Shown piece by piece: positions 25,116 to 37,800 of a stretch of 64,000 nucleotides of DNA. Position numbers and translations under genes: made by a program. The first letter of the stretch is position 1; each line of letters opens with the position of its first letter. The notes under the pieces are model-generated. The model made no database searches and was not told where the DNA came from. It was given only the letters and a program-made list of their open reading frames with translations. This stretch comes from Tubulanus polymorphus (taxonomy: Eukaryota; Animalia; Nemertea), in contig NC_134034.1 in the NCBI RefSeq assembly GCF_964204645.1, forward strand, positions 7,576,962 to 7,640,961, in the 5' to 3' direction.

Positions 25116-26315
25116 TTATTCTTCTTGCTCTGAAATAGTAAGGGGAATATTGTGTTTTATTGTGAGTTAAAATTATTTGTGCATGAATTTTAAATGAAAA
25201 CTATGGGGTTAACACTATATTGGATCGGAATGAAATTTGTGTGTATTATAATTAGATAATGTAGTATGTATAATTAAGAAGTGTTCTTACCAGATTCTGA
25301 TGAACTATAGCGGGGCGAAAAAGGAGAAAAAAGGGAAGCCAGCGAGGGAAGGTGACTGGAGAAACTATCGGAACTGTCCAAAGAAGGACTTGGCGGGGGT
25401 ATAGGATAGACAGGGACGCCAAGGGACGTTGGGGGATTAAGTGATAAATCAAGGAAAGGGACAGGACTGGATGAGGGGGTATTGGGATTAGAAGAGTCAC
25501 TACTGATGATTATAGGGTTGAGGGAGCATGCTGGATCGTCAGCAAAGGGCAGTAGACCTAAACCAGATGGTACAGGATCTACACCCCGACTTGCTGACGG
25601 GTTGGAAGGTCGGGAATAGGGATGGGGGCGAGTGGAGTGGCTGCTGGACTTCCCCTTTCCCTTTCCCTTTCCCTTATTCGTCCGAGGGTCAGATGAAGGT
25701 CCAGGAGTTTGAGCCCTGGGGGCACGTCCAGGGTCAGATGAGGCTGAAAGTTTGATTTAATTGACAATTGTGTATTTATTATAATTTGAAAGATTATAAT
25801 TATGTTAAAAATTGTCAATATTATTATTAAGCGAACTGTTACGAATTGGCAAGTGAAAAAAAAAAAAAAAAAAAAAAAATCAGTAAATGAATAAATTAAT
25901 ATTAGTTAAGTTCTATACCTGGATCCGATGCACTACTGTCATTGATTGCCCTCAGTATAATTGCCAGTAACCGATATCGGTTACCTAAATTGAAAATAAT
26001 ATTGTTACCCAATGGTTAAGAAAAAAAAAATTAAACTTGTAAAATTGATATCAGTAAATAATGAATGATGTTAGTACATAGTTTATTGGTCTTACCAGGC
26101 TGGGCGGCAATGAAACCGTACAGCATATTCAGTACCAAATAGGCTAAAATAAAAGAAAAAAAAAAAAGAAAAAAGAAGAGGAATAAAATAAATGATGGAT
26201 TCAAGATACATATTGTATTGAAAACAGAGTTAGGAATAAAGGTATAGAGATAGGACTTTAGGACTTAAAAAGAAGAGATATAGTGTTGCTTACCGAAGAA
26301 GTCAACGGAATTCAT
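25116..26315 (-). CDS. Predicted five-exon antisense accessory gene (~200 aa, Ser/Pro-rich, KG repeat)
   Basis: Exons 26315-26294, 26143-26096, 25984-25919, 25743-25291, 25129-25116; all introns GT-AG and phase 1; no internal stop. Confidence 0.7.
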
Positions 26316-26628
26316 AGTAAATCCTTTAAGTGTAAAATTTGCGTGTTCGTTGGATGAAGAATTGTGTGTTATACTGACTAAAAGATTTTTGGGGTCGTAC
26401 TTCTTGGTTATGAAGTATGTATATTTTTAGCAGAGATTGTGTTGAGGAAAATGACATTATGTTTTATTGCTTTACGGTTGAGTTCAAGAGAAAATGAATG
26501 TTGTATTCGTTTATTGTGTACTGATGATGTTTGGTATTGGCAGCTGATACCTGGCGTTTTAACATCAATTTTAGGGGTCTTCTGAAAATTCGGACTGCAT
26601 TAATTTTGTCGTTTGAGGGCAAACGACC

Positions 26629-26640
26629 TGGGCCGGGGGA
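26629..26640 (+). promoter_or_regulatory. Polypurine tract
   Basis: gggccggggga immediately before the 3' LTR. Confidence 0.65.
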
Positions 26641-26642
26641 TA

Positions 26643-27452
26643 TATTATGGAGACTTTGATGAAATAATTAATGAAAATATTAGCTTCCAAGTAGATCTAT
26701 GAAATTATATCAACAAGCCTTTAGGAAACACATTAGTAGGTTTCAGTTGTCAGCATTTAAACAAAATCAACAAGTAATATACAGAAGCGGGAGTTCATGG
26801 CCAGCAGTGCAGTTACCAGACAACCTGCCTGGATATGTACGTCGTACATAAACATAAATAGAAATTATATAAATAAACAAGTCTGGAAGTGACGTATGTG
26901 TCAACGTAGGAAGAGCTAATATGGTCCGGTTATGCGCTCCGTTGAGTGCGGAAATATATTTATAGAAAATTATGACGTGTGCAGATACGTCAGCGCCCAT
27001 ACATGGATGGAAGGAATGTTGTGACGTATAAATACGTCACAAGCAATGAATTCCAAGCCATGTGTGGAAGAGGACCTGCACACGTTAAAGTTATATAAAT
27101 AGGGAGGAATGTTGTGACGTATAAATACATCACAAGCAATGAATTCCAAGCCATGTATAGAAGAGCTCCGGCACCGGTTATACAAGAGAAAGTTAGATAA
27201 ATAAGGGGGTTTTTAGTAAGCACGGGAGTTGAGCTCCGGGGAAGAATCTGTAAACAACGAGTTAAAAGATAATAAACGAATATATAATGTAAGAAGTAGT
27301 TAAGTTATATACGGGAGCCAAAGTCAAGAACTGGGAAGAAAGACCTGGCCTAAAGACAGATCCTGCACGACATCGCTGGTAGAGAAACGCAACCATAACA
27401 GTGGTAGAGATCACAACAGAAGCGGACAACTTCAAAATTCAACGCCACAACA
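26643..27452 (+). repeat. 3' LTR
   Basis: Direct repeat of the 5' LTR, followed by TSD ATAC. Confidence 0.96.
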
Positions 27453-28648
27453 ATACTACCTAGCGTGACTCCACTAGTTAGACCGACTTATTCCAAGATG
27501 AGGCGTTCCGTTGATTTTGGCTATAAGTTTTCGTTCAGAGATAACTGCTGAGCCACTTGGGCATATCATTGATACTGTTTCCTAATAGCCTGTTTAGTTA
27601 GTAATGGCTGATGTTGTGCCTTATCAAATGCTTTGTCGAAATCCACCGATGAACAGGATTCTAAGACAGCAGAAAACCCGTTATAGCTGCTTTGTTCTTC
27701 AACTGTTATATTACCATTTAAACTTATTATATAATCTAATGTATTTTTTAATTTATTAATTTCTTTTATATTAGATTTTATTTTTTCTTTATAACTTTTT
27801 ATATTTAATTTTGAACTCATTGCCGGTTAATACACTGGAACTTAAACCTAAAGCTCCAATTGAGATAGCTAAAGGTGTTAATGGTGAGAATAATGCTAGA
27901 AATGTTATTACAGAACTAATTGTAACTGAACTACTAATAATAAAATAATATATAATTTTACATTTTAAATTATTTTTTCTTTTTAACTTTTAAATCATTT
28001 TCAAATTATAATATTTGTTTTTCCAAATATAATTTTAATTTAGTTTTATTTATATCATGAGGAATAATATCAATATTATCAACTTTATCATCCATTTATT
28101 TAGAAAAGATATTACTAGTTAGTAAATTTATAAGCAACAAATATTACAATAACTGTTCCTCCTAAAATCCAAATTATTTCATATTTTTGTTTTTCACTAC
28201 TTGGTGTATAATAATCTGATAATTTAGGTTTATATAGATGTAATTTATCTCTTTATTTGTTACTGCGTTATATAAACTCATAGCTTCATCAACTGATTGA
28301 AAATCTCTGTGTAATTTTCTGATTATATAATTCTTTATTAAGATAATCCATATAATTTTGTCTCTTTTCTCTATATTCTTCTGCAGCTTTATTATATTTT
28401 TCTAATGCTAAGTTATGTCTTCTTTGTTCTGCTAATGAACTATTTTTATCAATATGCTTATCGATATTATAATTCCATTTGATGAATTAACGAACAAAAA
28501 GAAACAAAGAGAGCTAGATGAAGTGGATGATGTGGAATAATATAGAACTTCATTTAAATGAGAAAAATGAAATGGAAGAACCTAAACAATTAAATGATAA
28601 TGAAGAAGCCAATAGTGATTTCGAGTATGGTGATATTGATTTTCTTTT

Positions 28649-31600
28649 TTAATGGCCATAAGGTAATGTTTTTATTCCATCACCCGAAATATATCTTTTA
28701 TCATCGAACGGATTTAAACTAGTTTTATCAACTTCATTAATGTACATCTCGTGATCTTCTGATCTTAAACAATTCATTTTATGTTTCATTACAATTGAGT
28801 AATATAAACACTTTATATAATCTTGAAATTCTATGTGTTTATCAACCACATGTTTTGTTATTCCTTTTAACTTTATAGCTTCATGATCTTTTGTTCTATA
28901 ACTATACATTTTACTTCTCATCCCAACAAATTCAATCATTTCATCGCCCCCTAATTCATCTTTAAATTTACCAGGAATTTTTTTATTATCATTGCTAAAT
29001 AGTTCATGATCTTTTGGATAATTGCTAAAGTCAAAATGATGTTTTAATGTTTTTAAATCTTTTGTTATGTCATTTGTCTTGATTTTTAGTATGTAACTGT
29101 CAGTATTCTTTAGGAATAATGAAAATCCACAATTAAATATACCAACTTCAGTTGTTAAAACATTAACATATTCTATAGGATTGTATATTTCAAATAAAAC
29201 TTTAACTTCTTCTGTTAGTTCATTTTCTACATGCGTTAATTGAAATACATTTGGTTTTTCCTTTCTAATATTAACTAACATATTAAATCCTAATGAATTG
29301 CATAATATATTTAATCCTGATATAGCAACTTTTCCTTTTTGTGTCAAAGATATAGTTTTCTGTTTTGTATAGTTTTTTGAACCATCTGCAGCATAGAATC
29401 CAATGAAGAACCATTTTCTTAAATTATCTTTTGCATTTAATACATAATCTGGTACTATCTTTTCTTTAGTTGAAGCATTACTTTTAACTATTGCATGAAT
29501 ATAGAATTCATCATTATATTTAATTGCAAAATCTTATTTACATGTATTCTATAAACTGCTGATGATTTCATAACATGTATGATTTTAAATGTTTTATTTG
29601 GATAAACTTCTTTACAGTATTTCTTTATTCTTTCTAATAATTTCAAATCTTGATTGCATAAACACCAACAATATTGAGTTTGATTAACATACTTATACAC
29701 ACCTGCTGAACCATCACGCATAAAAAATCATTTAATAAAATATTCTTTTTCTTCTAATGTTTCAGGTTCTGTGTTATAAATATTATAAATTATTTCATCA
29801 AATGACATATGATCCATTCTTTGGAAAAATATTTTATGTAATAATTCATCTCCAATTTTTATATCAGTTGGTTTTATTTCATCACTATTTTGTTTAATAT
29901 AACTATGATCTTCAGTAACATCAACGAATCCTAGTTTGGTTCTAACTCTATAGATTTTCTTATTTGTTTTATGCCTAATAATATTCTTTAATTTCTTCCA
30001 TCCATTTCTTGTCCAAGCATCCATTAATCCCTTTATTTGTATTAATTCTTTTTCACCATATGAAATATAAAGTTCATTTTGTTTTGGAATTATTTCTGAA
30101 ATTCTTCTTATCAATATTTGGTTATTGTATTTTGATTATATTGGGGTATCAGCTGTTACAGAATCAAAATATAATATTTCAATATGTTTTTCCCCAAAAA
30201 GTGGTTGTAAAACATTATAATAAAAATCATACATTAATAATTTTGATATTCCTAAAACAGTTGAACCAATGAATATAGGTTTATTAAATTTCATTGACGT
30301 TCTTTTTAAATTTACCGCTGTTTAATAATCTTCAAATCTTTTATTTCCTAAATGTCTAAGACTTGATTGTAAATGTCTCAATCGTTCAGAATTATTTACT
30401 AATTCAATATCATTTCTATTTCTAATATTTTCACATGTTTTTCCATAAAAAGTATTATTCATTAATTTAAAGAAATCTTCTTCAAAATCTGTTTTTGATA
30501 CGGTCCTCTGTTGAGTATCAAAATCTATATATTTCTCTAACCACTTCGATTGATTAAATTCAATATATCTATGTACTTTCTTTAATTTCATTCCTTGTTT
30601 TAGATAAAATTTAAACATTCTATAATGAACAATATAATTGTATTTATTATTTTGAGTAAGTATTAATTTTTCTGTAAAAACATGATCTTTCGGTTTTTAT
30701 TTTATTCTGGTATTCACTTAAATAACTATCATCTACGGCTAAATGTCCTGGGCAATATGGTAAGTTTCTTGTTTTAAACTTAATGTTATCAGTATATTCT
30801 AAATCAACTACAAAGAAATAACCAATTGGTGCTTCATCTTCTAAACTCATAATTGCGCTTTCCCAATTAGTTTTATCATCATTTTCAACTTCTGTTAATA
30901 TAAAATTTTTATATGGTTGGTTGCATCATTTCCCAACCATATAAATTATTAGCGTCAATATATAATAATTTATATTCATCATTTGCTTTAAAATACCTAT
31001 CTCCCATAACACCACTAATTCCACCTCTAATTGATTTTTTAAATAATAAAACCATGTCTGGTTCTTTTAATAAATCTAATTCTACATTTGTATATTTTAA
31101 ACCACATTGCCAGGTTAAACCAGGACTTGAATAACAATAACAGGGATCAACATTAAAATGATTCAAATTAAATTCTCTAAATTTTTCAAATATATCAGCC
31201 AATATCATAAAATCTGATTTTAAATATAAATCTACTAATTCACCATGATTTTTTATCTTAAAATGATTCCAAATATTTAATGTTCTATTAAACACTTCAT
31301 CTTTCACATACTCCTCTTTTAATTGATCATAAAATTGTTCTTTTAATAATTCTGTTACATAAAAATCATCATGTGTTTTATAAAATGAATAAGGAATTGC
31401 ACCTTTAAATCTCAATAATTTAAACTCTTCATTTGGATAATAATGTCGAGTTATTATAAAATCAACTAAACTTTTTGCTAAATTATCTAATGAACTTGCT
31501 AAAAATCTATAAGAATCTAAAAATCTAATGCAACCAAATTGAAATTAAATTTGATTTTCAGATGTCTTAGCTAATAGTTCAAAATCATATTTTCTTACAT

Positions 31601-33711
31601 TTGCGCCATTCATAGCATTATATTCTTCTATTTCTTGATTAATTGCGCCCAATTTTCCTGATAATTGTTTTATAAATAGATGGGTGTCATAGCCTGATAA
31701 ATTATGAAATAATATTGGTACGAAATTAACTTTCTTAGCTTGTAAATTGCAATCTTCATGAGCAGCTACACGATATTTTGAATTTAAATGATCATGATCT
31801 CTAACTTTTTTTTATCAAATGAATGAAAACGTTTTTCACAGTAACAACAATGAGTTGCATAATTAAAATCAATTTCATCTTCTTTTGTCATAACTATTCT
31901 TTTATTTTTGTTTGATAATTTTGCAAAATCATTTTCTATTTCAATTATTTTATTATAAAATTCAATTACTACATATTCACCTCTAAAAGAAATATATTGA
32001 CTTTCATATGATTCAAACTAATTTGATTTTATATAAATTCCATAAGCAGCAGCTCTTTGATGAACTTTTTTAATTGTATTTATAATTGGTGGTCTTGAAT
32101 TATGTCTTCATTTAATTCATTTCGTTTGTCCATTGATTTTAGAAATTGCTTTTTGTTATATATTTCTTTTCTATCTTGATCAGTAAATTCTTTATTCAAC
32201 GTTTCAAAATCTCCAAATCCAAATAAATTACAAATGGTACTATTTATTTAAATTTTCGATTAATAAATTTCAACTTACAACCTTTTTTGTTGGCATTATT
32301 ATTTTGCAAAAATCTTTATTATCACGTAATTCTTTATGTTTTAATAATGCATTCTCAGTCATAGATTTAGATAAACATTTTCTACATAGATAAATTTTAT
32401 CATGATGATCACTTTCTGTTCTAAAGAAAAAATCATTTGTTTTAACCACATATAATGTTCATTTTTATCTTTTTTTGTAATATAACAAATCTACAACATT
32501 TTCGTAATCATCATAATATTCTGTTAAATATAAAGCTTCTAATGTATAATCTTATAATGTATAATTTTCACCTTTTGTCTCTGGTAATTGCATTTATTCG
32601 AAAACATTAATTTTTAAATTATTAACTTTTTCTATTTTAGGAATCATGTTTATAGTTACTGGATATTGATCAATTTTATATAATGTTTCATATTTCCGGT
32701 AATCTCTTATTCTAAAACTATGCGTAATATCTTCTGTTGGTGTAAACAACTAATAATTGACCATAGAAAACATTTATTATCTTCATTTTGAGCATGTATT
32801 ACTGCTTTTGTTGAAAATGGTAATTTAATATAAGATGATGCTTTTATATCCTTTTCTGTTGTAAAGTTTGAATCATTTTTAAACATTTTATTACTTTTTG
32901 ATGTTTTATTTCTCTTTGTATTATAAATATTTAAATCTAAAAATATAATTTCATTCAATGTTAAACCAGAACCCTCAAAATATCTTTCCTCAATATGACG
33001 TTTAAATTCATTAAATACTTTTTCTAACTTCTCTTTTATTTGTGTTTTTGAAATTATTTCTTCAGAGTGTGTTTGAATATTGTAATCCATTTTTACTTCT
33101 GATTTGATAAAACTTACTTTTCGAGAAATACTATGGATATTCAACATCTGTTACAAAATCTATTATTTTTTCCATGATTTCAATAAATTTACTATAGTCT
33201 TCTATTGTTGCTCCTTTAAAAAATCTAAATATAATAGCTGCAGGCCCAATTTTACTACGTAATGTTTCTAAAATTTCAATTGTATCTTTTATTTCTAGTG
33301 AATCAATATAATTTCTAACATTTTCCATATAAGGTTTATTTGAAATAGATTTAGTTTTTGAAACTGGTTTTTTTACTTGTTCAAGTTTATCATCAAAATA
33401 TTCTGTTCCTAAAATATTTTTATTCAAATTTTGTTTGTGTTTGTGTAATTCGAGATGTCTTTTATAATTCCTTTTTGCTATAAATTCATTACAAACATTA
33501 CATTTAATTTGATCCTTTTTCATATTTTCTAATTGTTCTTTTCTTTCATTGGAATTTTCTGGTGTCTCAAAATCTATAACATTTTTTGTATAATTTGCAG
33601 TTTCTTCATGTCGTGCTTTATGAGATTTATCAATGTATTTTTTGCAATATGTACAATAATATTGATTTTCATTAACATCAATTTTTCTGTATGTTGTTCA
33701 CTCTCTCCCAT
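28649..33711 (-). pseudogene. pPolB with intein, many stops and frameshifts
   Basis: YIDANNLYG, LMNNTFYGKT, YFD-[insert]-TDSY, PGKFKDE motifs. Confidence 0.9.
29105..30162 (-). mobile_element. Intein with LAGLIDADG homing endonuclease (~350 codons), degraded
   Basis: Starts SVTADTPI after YFD; block B VDVTEDHS; FFMRDGS and FFIGFYAADGS; ends FLKN followed by TDS. Confidence 0.92.
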
Positions 33712-34413
33712 TTATTAGGAAAAAAATTACTTGTGGTGATGAGTGGTGTGTCGCCCTCTCGCCCTCTGGTATGAAACCCTGATATTCCAATTACTAACAT
33801 TTACATTTCATGAAACTATAAAACTTCATCCCAATGCGCAATTCAGTGGCGTATATTTCCTTGACCCACTCCCTCACGAAAAACCGAATCCCTTGCCCGC
33901 TTTGTACGAATTTAATTTCGGTTTGACATCGGTTTTCGTGATATTAAATACGATGCCACATCTGTGAGACACACAGGAGGCCACCTGTATATGCCCTCCG
34001 CCTCCGACAACCACTCATAATTAGCTCCGATTAATGGATCGGCGAAGTAAATGCCATCCAATGAAAGGAAGCTCTTTTTTCTCAGTTCTGCTTTATCTAA
34101 AGCAGTTTCGACAGGCTGAATGCCGAATTCCGCAGCTGCAAAAGGGATTCGACCCTAAACATCAAAACGTAACGGCTCCGTAGAGGTTTGTAAAAGCCGT
34201 ATTGTGCTGCCATGTAGCGGCAACAACCCCGCTGTACACGATTAAACCAAGATGACGCGACGATCGAAATCGACTGACGCTTCGTTTGTTTTTGGCTCTG
34301 GTTTATATGTGAGGTGTATTTGACGGAACCAATCGCTATTTGAAAATGATGTATACACATTGTTGTTATTGACATATCTTGGAAAAGATGAGTGAGTGTA
34401 TAAAATGCTTACT

Positions 34414-34785
34414 AGTAATAGGGGTTTAGTTGTTCTAGATCAAAGGTCGAACGGTCGAGAAATTTTCCAAATGTGAAAATAACAATAATTTCAACTTGAA
34501 TTAGTCGCGCACACTCCTAATTCAAGTAGAAATTATTATTATTTCACATTTGGAAAATTTCTCAACCATTCAACCTTTAACCTAGAACAACAAAACCCCT
34601 ATTACTCTTAAAATAATCATATACATGAATAACATGTAAATTGACGGATTATTCAATATAAAAGTGTGAGCTCTTATAGAATAGATAGATAGATATATTT
34701 TAAACCATATTTCAATATTTATATTTGTATGAGTTAGATTTTTAAACATTAAAAGTGTTAGTAAAGTGTGATTGAAATAATTCAT
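34414..34785. repeat. Left TIR with 193-bp terminal hairpin (34414-34606)
   Basis: Self-complementary arms; inverted match to 53244-53542. Confidence 0.92.
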
Positions 34786-34838
34786 ATTTAAATCATTGAA
34801 CTTCTAAAATCAATTTAAAAAAAAAATTTAGTATTAAA

Positions 34839-37800
34839 ATGGAAGCAAGTACTACTGTTCACCATGTAATATCAATATAGATAAATCCCAAAAATCAAGA
34901 CACAATAAAACTAAAACACATTTAGAGAATAAATTGAAATTAGAATATGAAGATGATATATTAGAAACTAAATTAGATGAATTAAAGAATGAAAAAGAAA
35001 CATACAAATGTGATACATGTAATCAATCATTCAGTGATAAAAGATATTATAAAGAACATTTAAAATCTAAAAGTCATATTAGAAATAAGGATAATGATAT
35101 TTTAGGTGAAGATTATTTTGATAAAGATAATGATAAGAAACAGAAGACAATTAAAAGTATAAACAAGAAAATTAATTTTAGAAAATTATTTGACGCCTGG
35201 GAAAAAAATGTAGAATTTCTGGGCTAAGCTAATGTGGAATTGCAAATTTGAAATCGAAGTTTTAAGAAATTTGGGGAATGATGAGATTTGGCGATTTGGT
35301 AGATGATACAGGTCTTCGACTCTAGTAGTGGTTTAAATTTTTTTATTGAAAATTCTCAATAATTGATCGCGAACTTGCGACCGACTTCATTTACTTATGC
35401 CTCTAAGCTGGTCTGCAACTTCATAGCCTCCATGGATGAAGAAAGAGCTCCTCTGATGTCTGCTTCATCATGACTTCGATCATATCGTGTGGCCTAGCCA
35501 GCCGGCCCGGTCCCCGGGCCCGGGCCACGGGTTTGGCTGTCACTCGATATCCTAGAGTCTTGAGTCTGGGTGGGTTGAAGTAGACATTGTCATTTAAAAT
35601 AACATGCTTATGTTGTTCTGTATGAATTACCCGTGTGTCATGTATGTTGTATTAATTTATTTTAAAATTTGTATTTATTGAATTTGGGAATTTTATCCCG
35701 GAATTTCAATGTAATAAGGATCAATAAAGAATTGAATTGAATTGTCACCTAATACACATGCCATCAGAGGACACGGAGCCGTATAAGACAGCTATGCTAT
35801 TATAAATTGCTAATCTCACGAAACTTGCATACTCCTAATATCAAACATATTTTCACAAACGATTGAATATTGAAATTATATGTTTACACATTTTCATATT
35901 GACCGCTTGTAGCCGCTGATGAAATTCACGCCGGCCCTACACACATCGTAGATAGCTTCGTCATTCCACCGGCATGCCCACGTCAGGGTCTGACTTTTAT
36001 ATCAGACTTCCGCATCGTGTATACATCCGCCATTTAACCGAATAATCCGATTTACTTATCATTTCTATTTATGCCTGCCGCTTCTGATACAATCATACAT
36101 CCTTTACTATTACAATACGTCTTCTAATGATATTCAATGCAATATAACATTTCGACGTTCAAATATAGGTCATTATATAATCACAGGAAGCCATTCTACA
36201 TCTATGTCAATAATATTTTGCCAGATAGCTTGTTTGTGTACACATAAACCTGTGACGTTTTGCACATCGATTTACGGCTGTCGTTTGTAAAATGACGCTG
36301 AATGGTAAGCATTGTTTAGGTTTCATAATGGTAACGTTTTATAAGGCGTCAAAAAATAAATTTAACAATAAAAGACCATACATGGAAGATGTAAGAAAAT
36401 ATAGTAATTTATTGGATAATAAAAAAGATATAGAGATAACCGAAGCATTTAAAAGTGATATTGGCCCAGCAGCTATCGAGTTTAAATTTCATAAAGGAAA
36501 AACGTTAGAAGAAAATAAAAAACATTTAGAAAATATGAAAGAAATAATGAAAATAATAACTGATGTTGAATATCCTAAAATAAGTATTTCATCAAAATTT
36601 AAATTCATAAAATCTGAAGATAAACCAATATATAATATAAATTCTCATTCACAACATATTATATCTAAACAACATATAGATGATAAATTAGATAAATGTT
36701 ATAATGAAGTAAAAACTAAAATAGAAGAGAAATATTTTGAAGGATCTGGTTTAATATTTGATGAAATAATATTTATGACTTTACATGTTTATAACACAAA
36801 ATATAATAAGTTAACTAAATCAAAACCCATAGATGAAAATAATGTATCATATTATAAAGAACCAGATATTGAAGCATCGAGTTATATTAAACTACCATTT
36901 AAAACTAATGCTGTTATAAATGTACAAAATGAAGATGATAAATGTTTTCTATGGGCTATAATTAGTTGCTTACATCCTGCAACTGATAATATTTGTAGAT
37001 TAACTCATTATAAACCATTTGAAAATAATTATAAGATAGATAAGTATCCTGTTAGAATTAAAAATATCCAAAAAATAGAAAGAGATAATAATATAAAGAT
37101 AAATGTATTTTATTTAATCAAATTACCAAATACAAAAGGTAACAATATAAAACATTATACATTAGACCCTTTATATCTATCAAAAGATTATGATTCAAAT
37201 GGTGTTATAGATATATTATATTATGAGAATCATTATATGTGGATTAAAAGAATTGATTCATTTTTTAAATCAGAAAATTATTTTGATAATAAAATATATC
37301 TATGTAGAAAATGTTTACATAAATTCAGAACTGAAAGTGCATTATTAAATCATAAACAATTATGTGAAAATCATGATTATTGTAAATTAGTTTTACCAAA
37401 TGAAAAGGATAAAATATTAGAATTCAAAAAATATGATTACAAAAATAAAGTACCATTTGTAATATATGGAGATTTCGAATCATTAAATAAAGAATTAACT
37501 GATCAAGATAGAAAAGAAATATATTATAAAAGAAAGAAATTAAATTCTAATGAAAATGATTTTTCAGATGAACCACCAATAACAAATACTATTAAAAAGA
37601 TTCATCAATCAGCTGCAGCTTTCGGGTTATATATTAAATCTGATTATCCAGAACTAATTAAAAGTGAATATTATCATTACAGAAATGAAAATGTTATCAA
37701 TCATTTTTGTGACTTATTTATTGAATATGAAATAAGATTTAGTAAATTATTGAATAAAAATATAGAAATTATAATGACAGAAGAAGATAAAGAAGAATTT

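Larger units (their letters stand above)
16459..27452 (+). mobile_element. Ty3/Gypsy LTR retrotransposon with env, very recent insertion
   Basis: Two 810-bp near-identical LTRs, 4-bp TSD ATAC, PBS, PPT, gag-pol-env order with IN after RT/RH. Confidence 0.97.
27690..33725 (-). mobile_element. Polinton-like fragment B (divergent subfamily), termini lost
   Basis: Homologs of copy C ORFs 41821 and 42264 (27690-28460) plus a full-length degraded pPolB. Confidence 0.88.

Noticed and set aside
25252-25818. Listed ORFs 25252-25500, 25528-25755 and 25579-25818
   Set aside because: Alternative frames over the large exon of the predicted spliced gene; only the third minus frame is open between the splice sites.
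28460-28650. Acidic plus-strand coding-like stretch in copy B
   Set aside because: Too short and interrupted to assign.
36292-36351. Listed start of the 1215-aa PolB ORF
   Set aside because: The first ~20 codons come from the inserted element; the true start is ATG 34839 by comparison with copy A.
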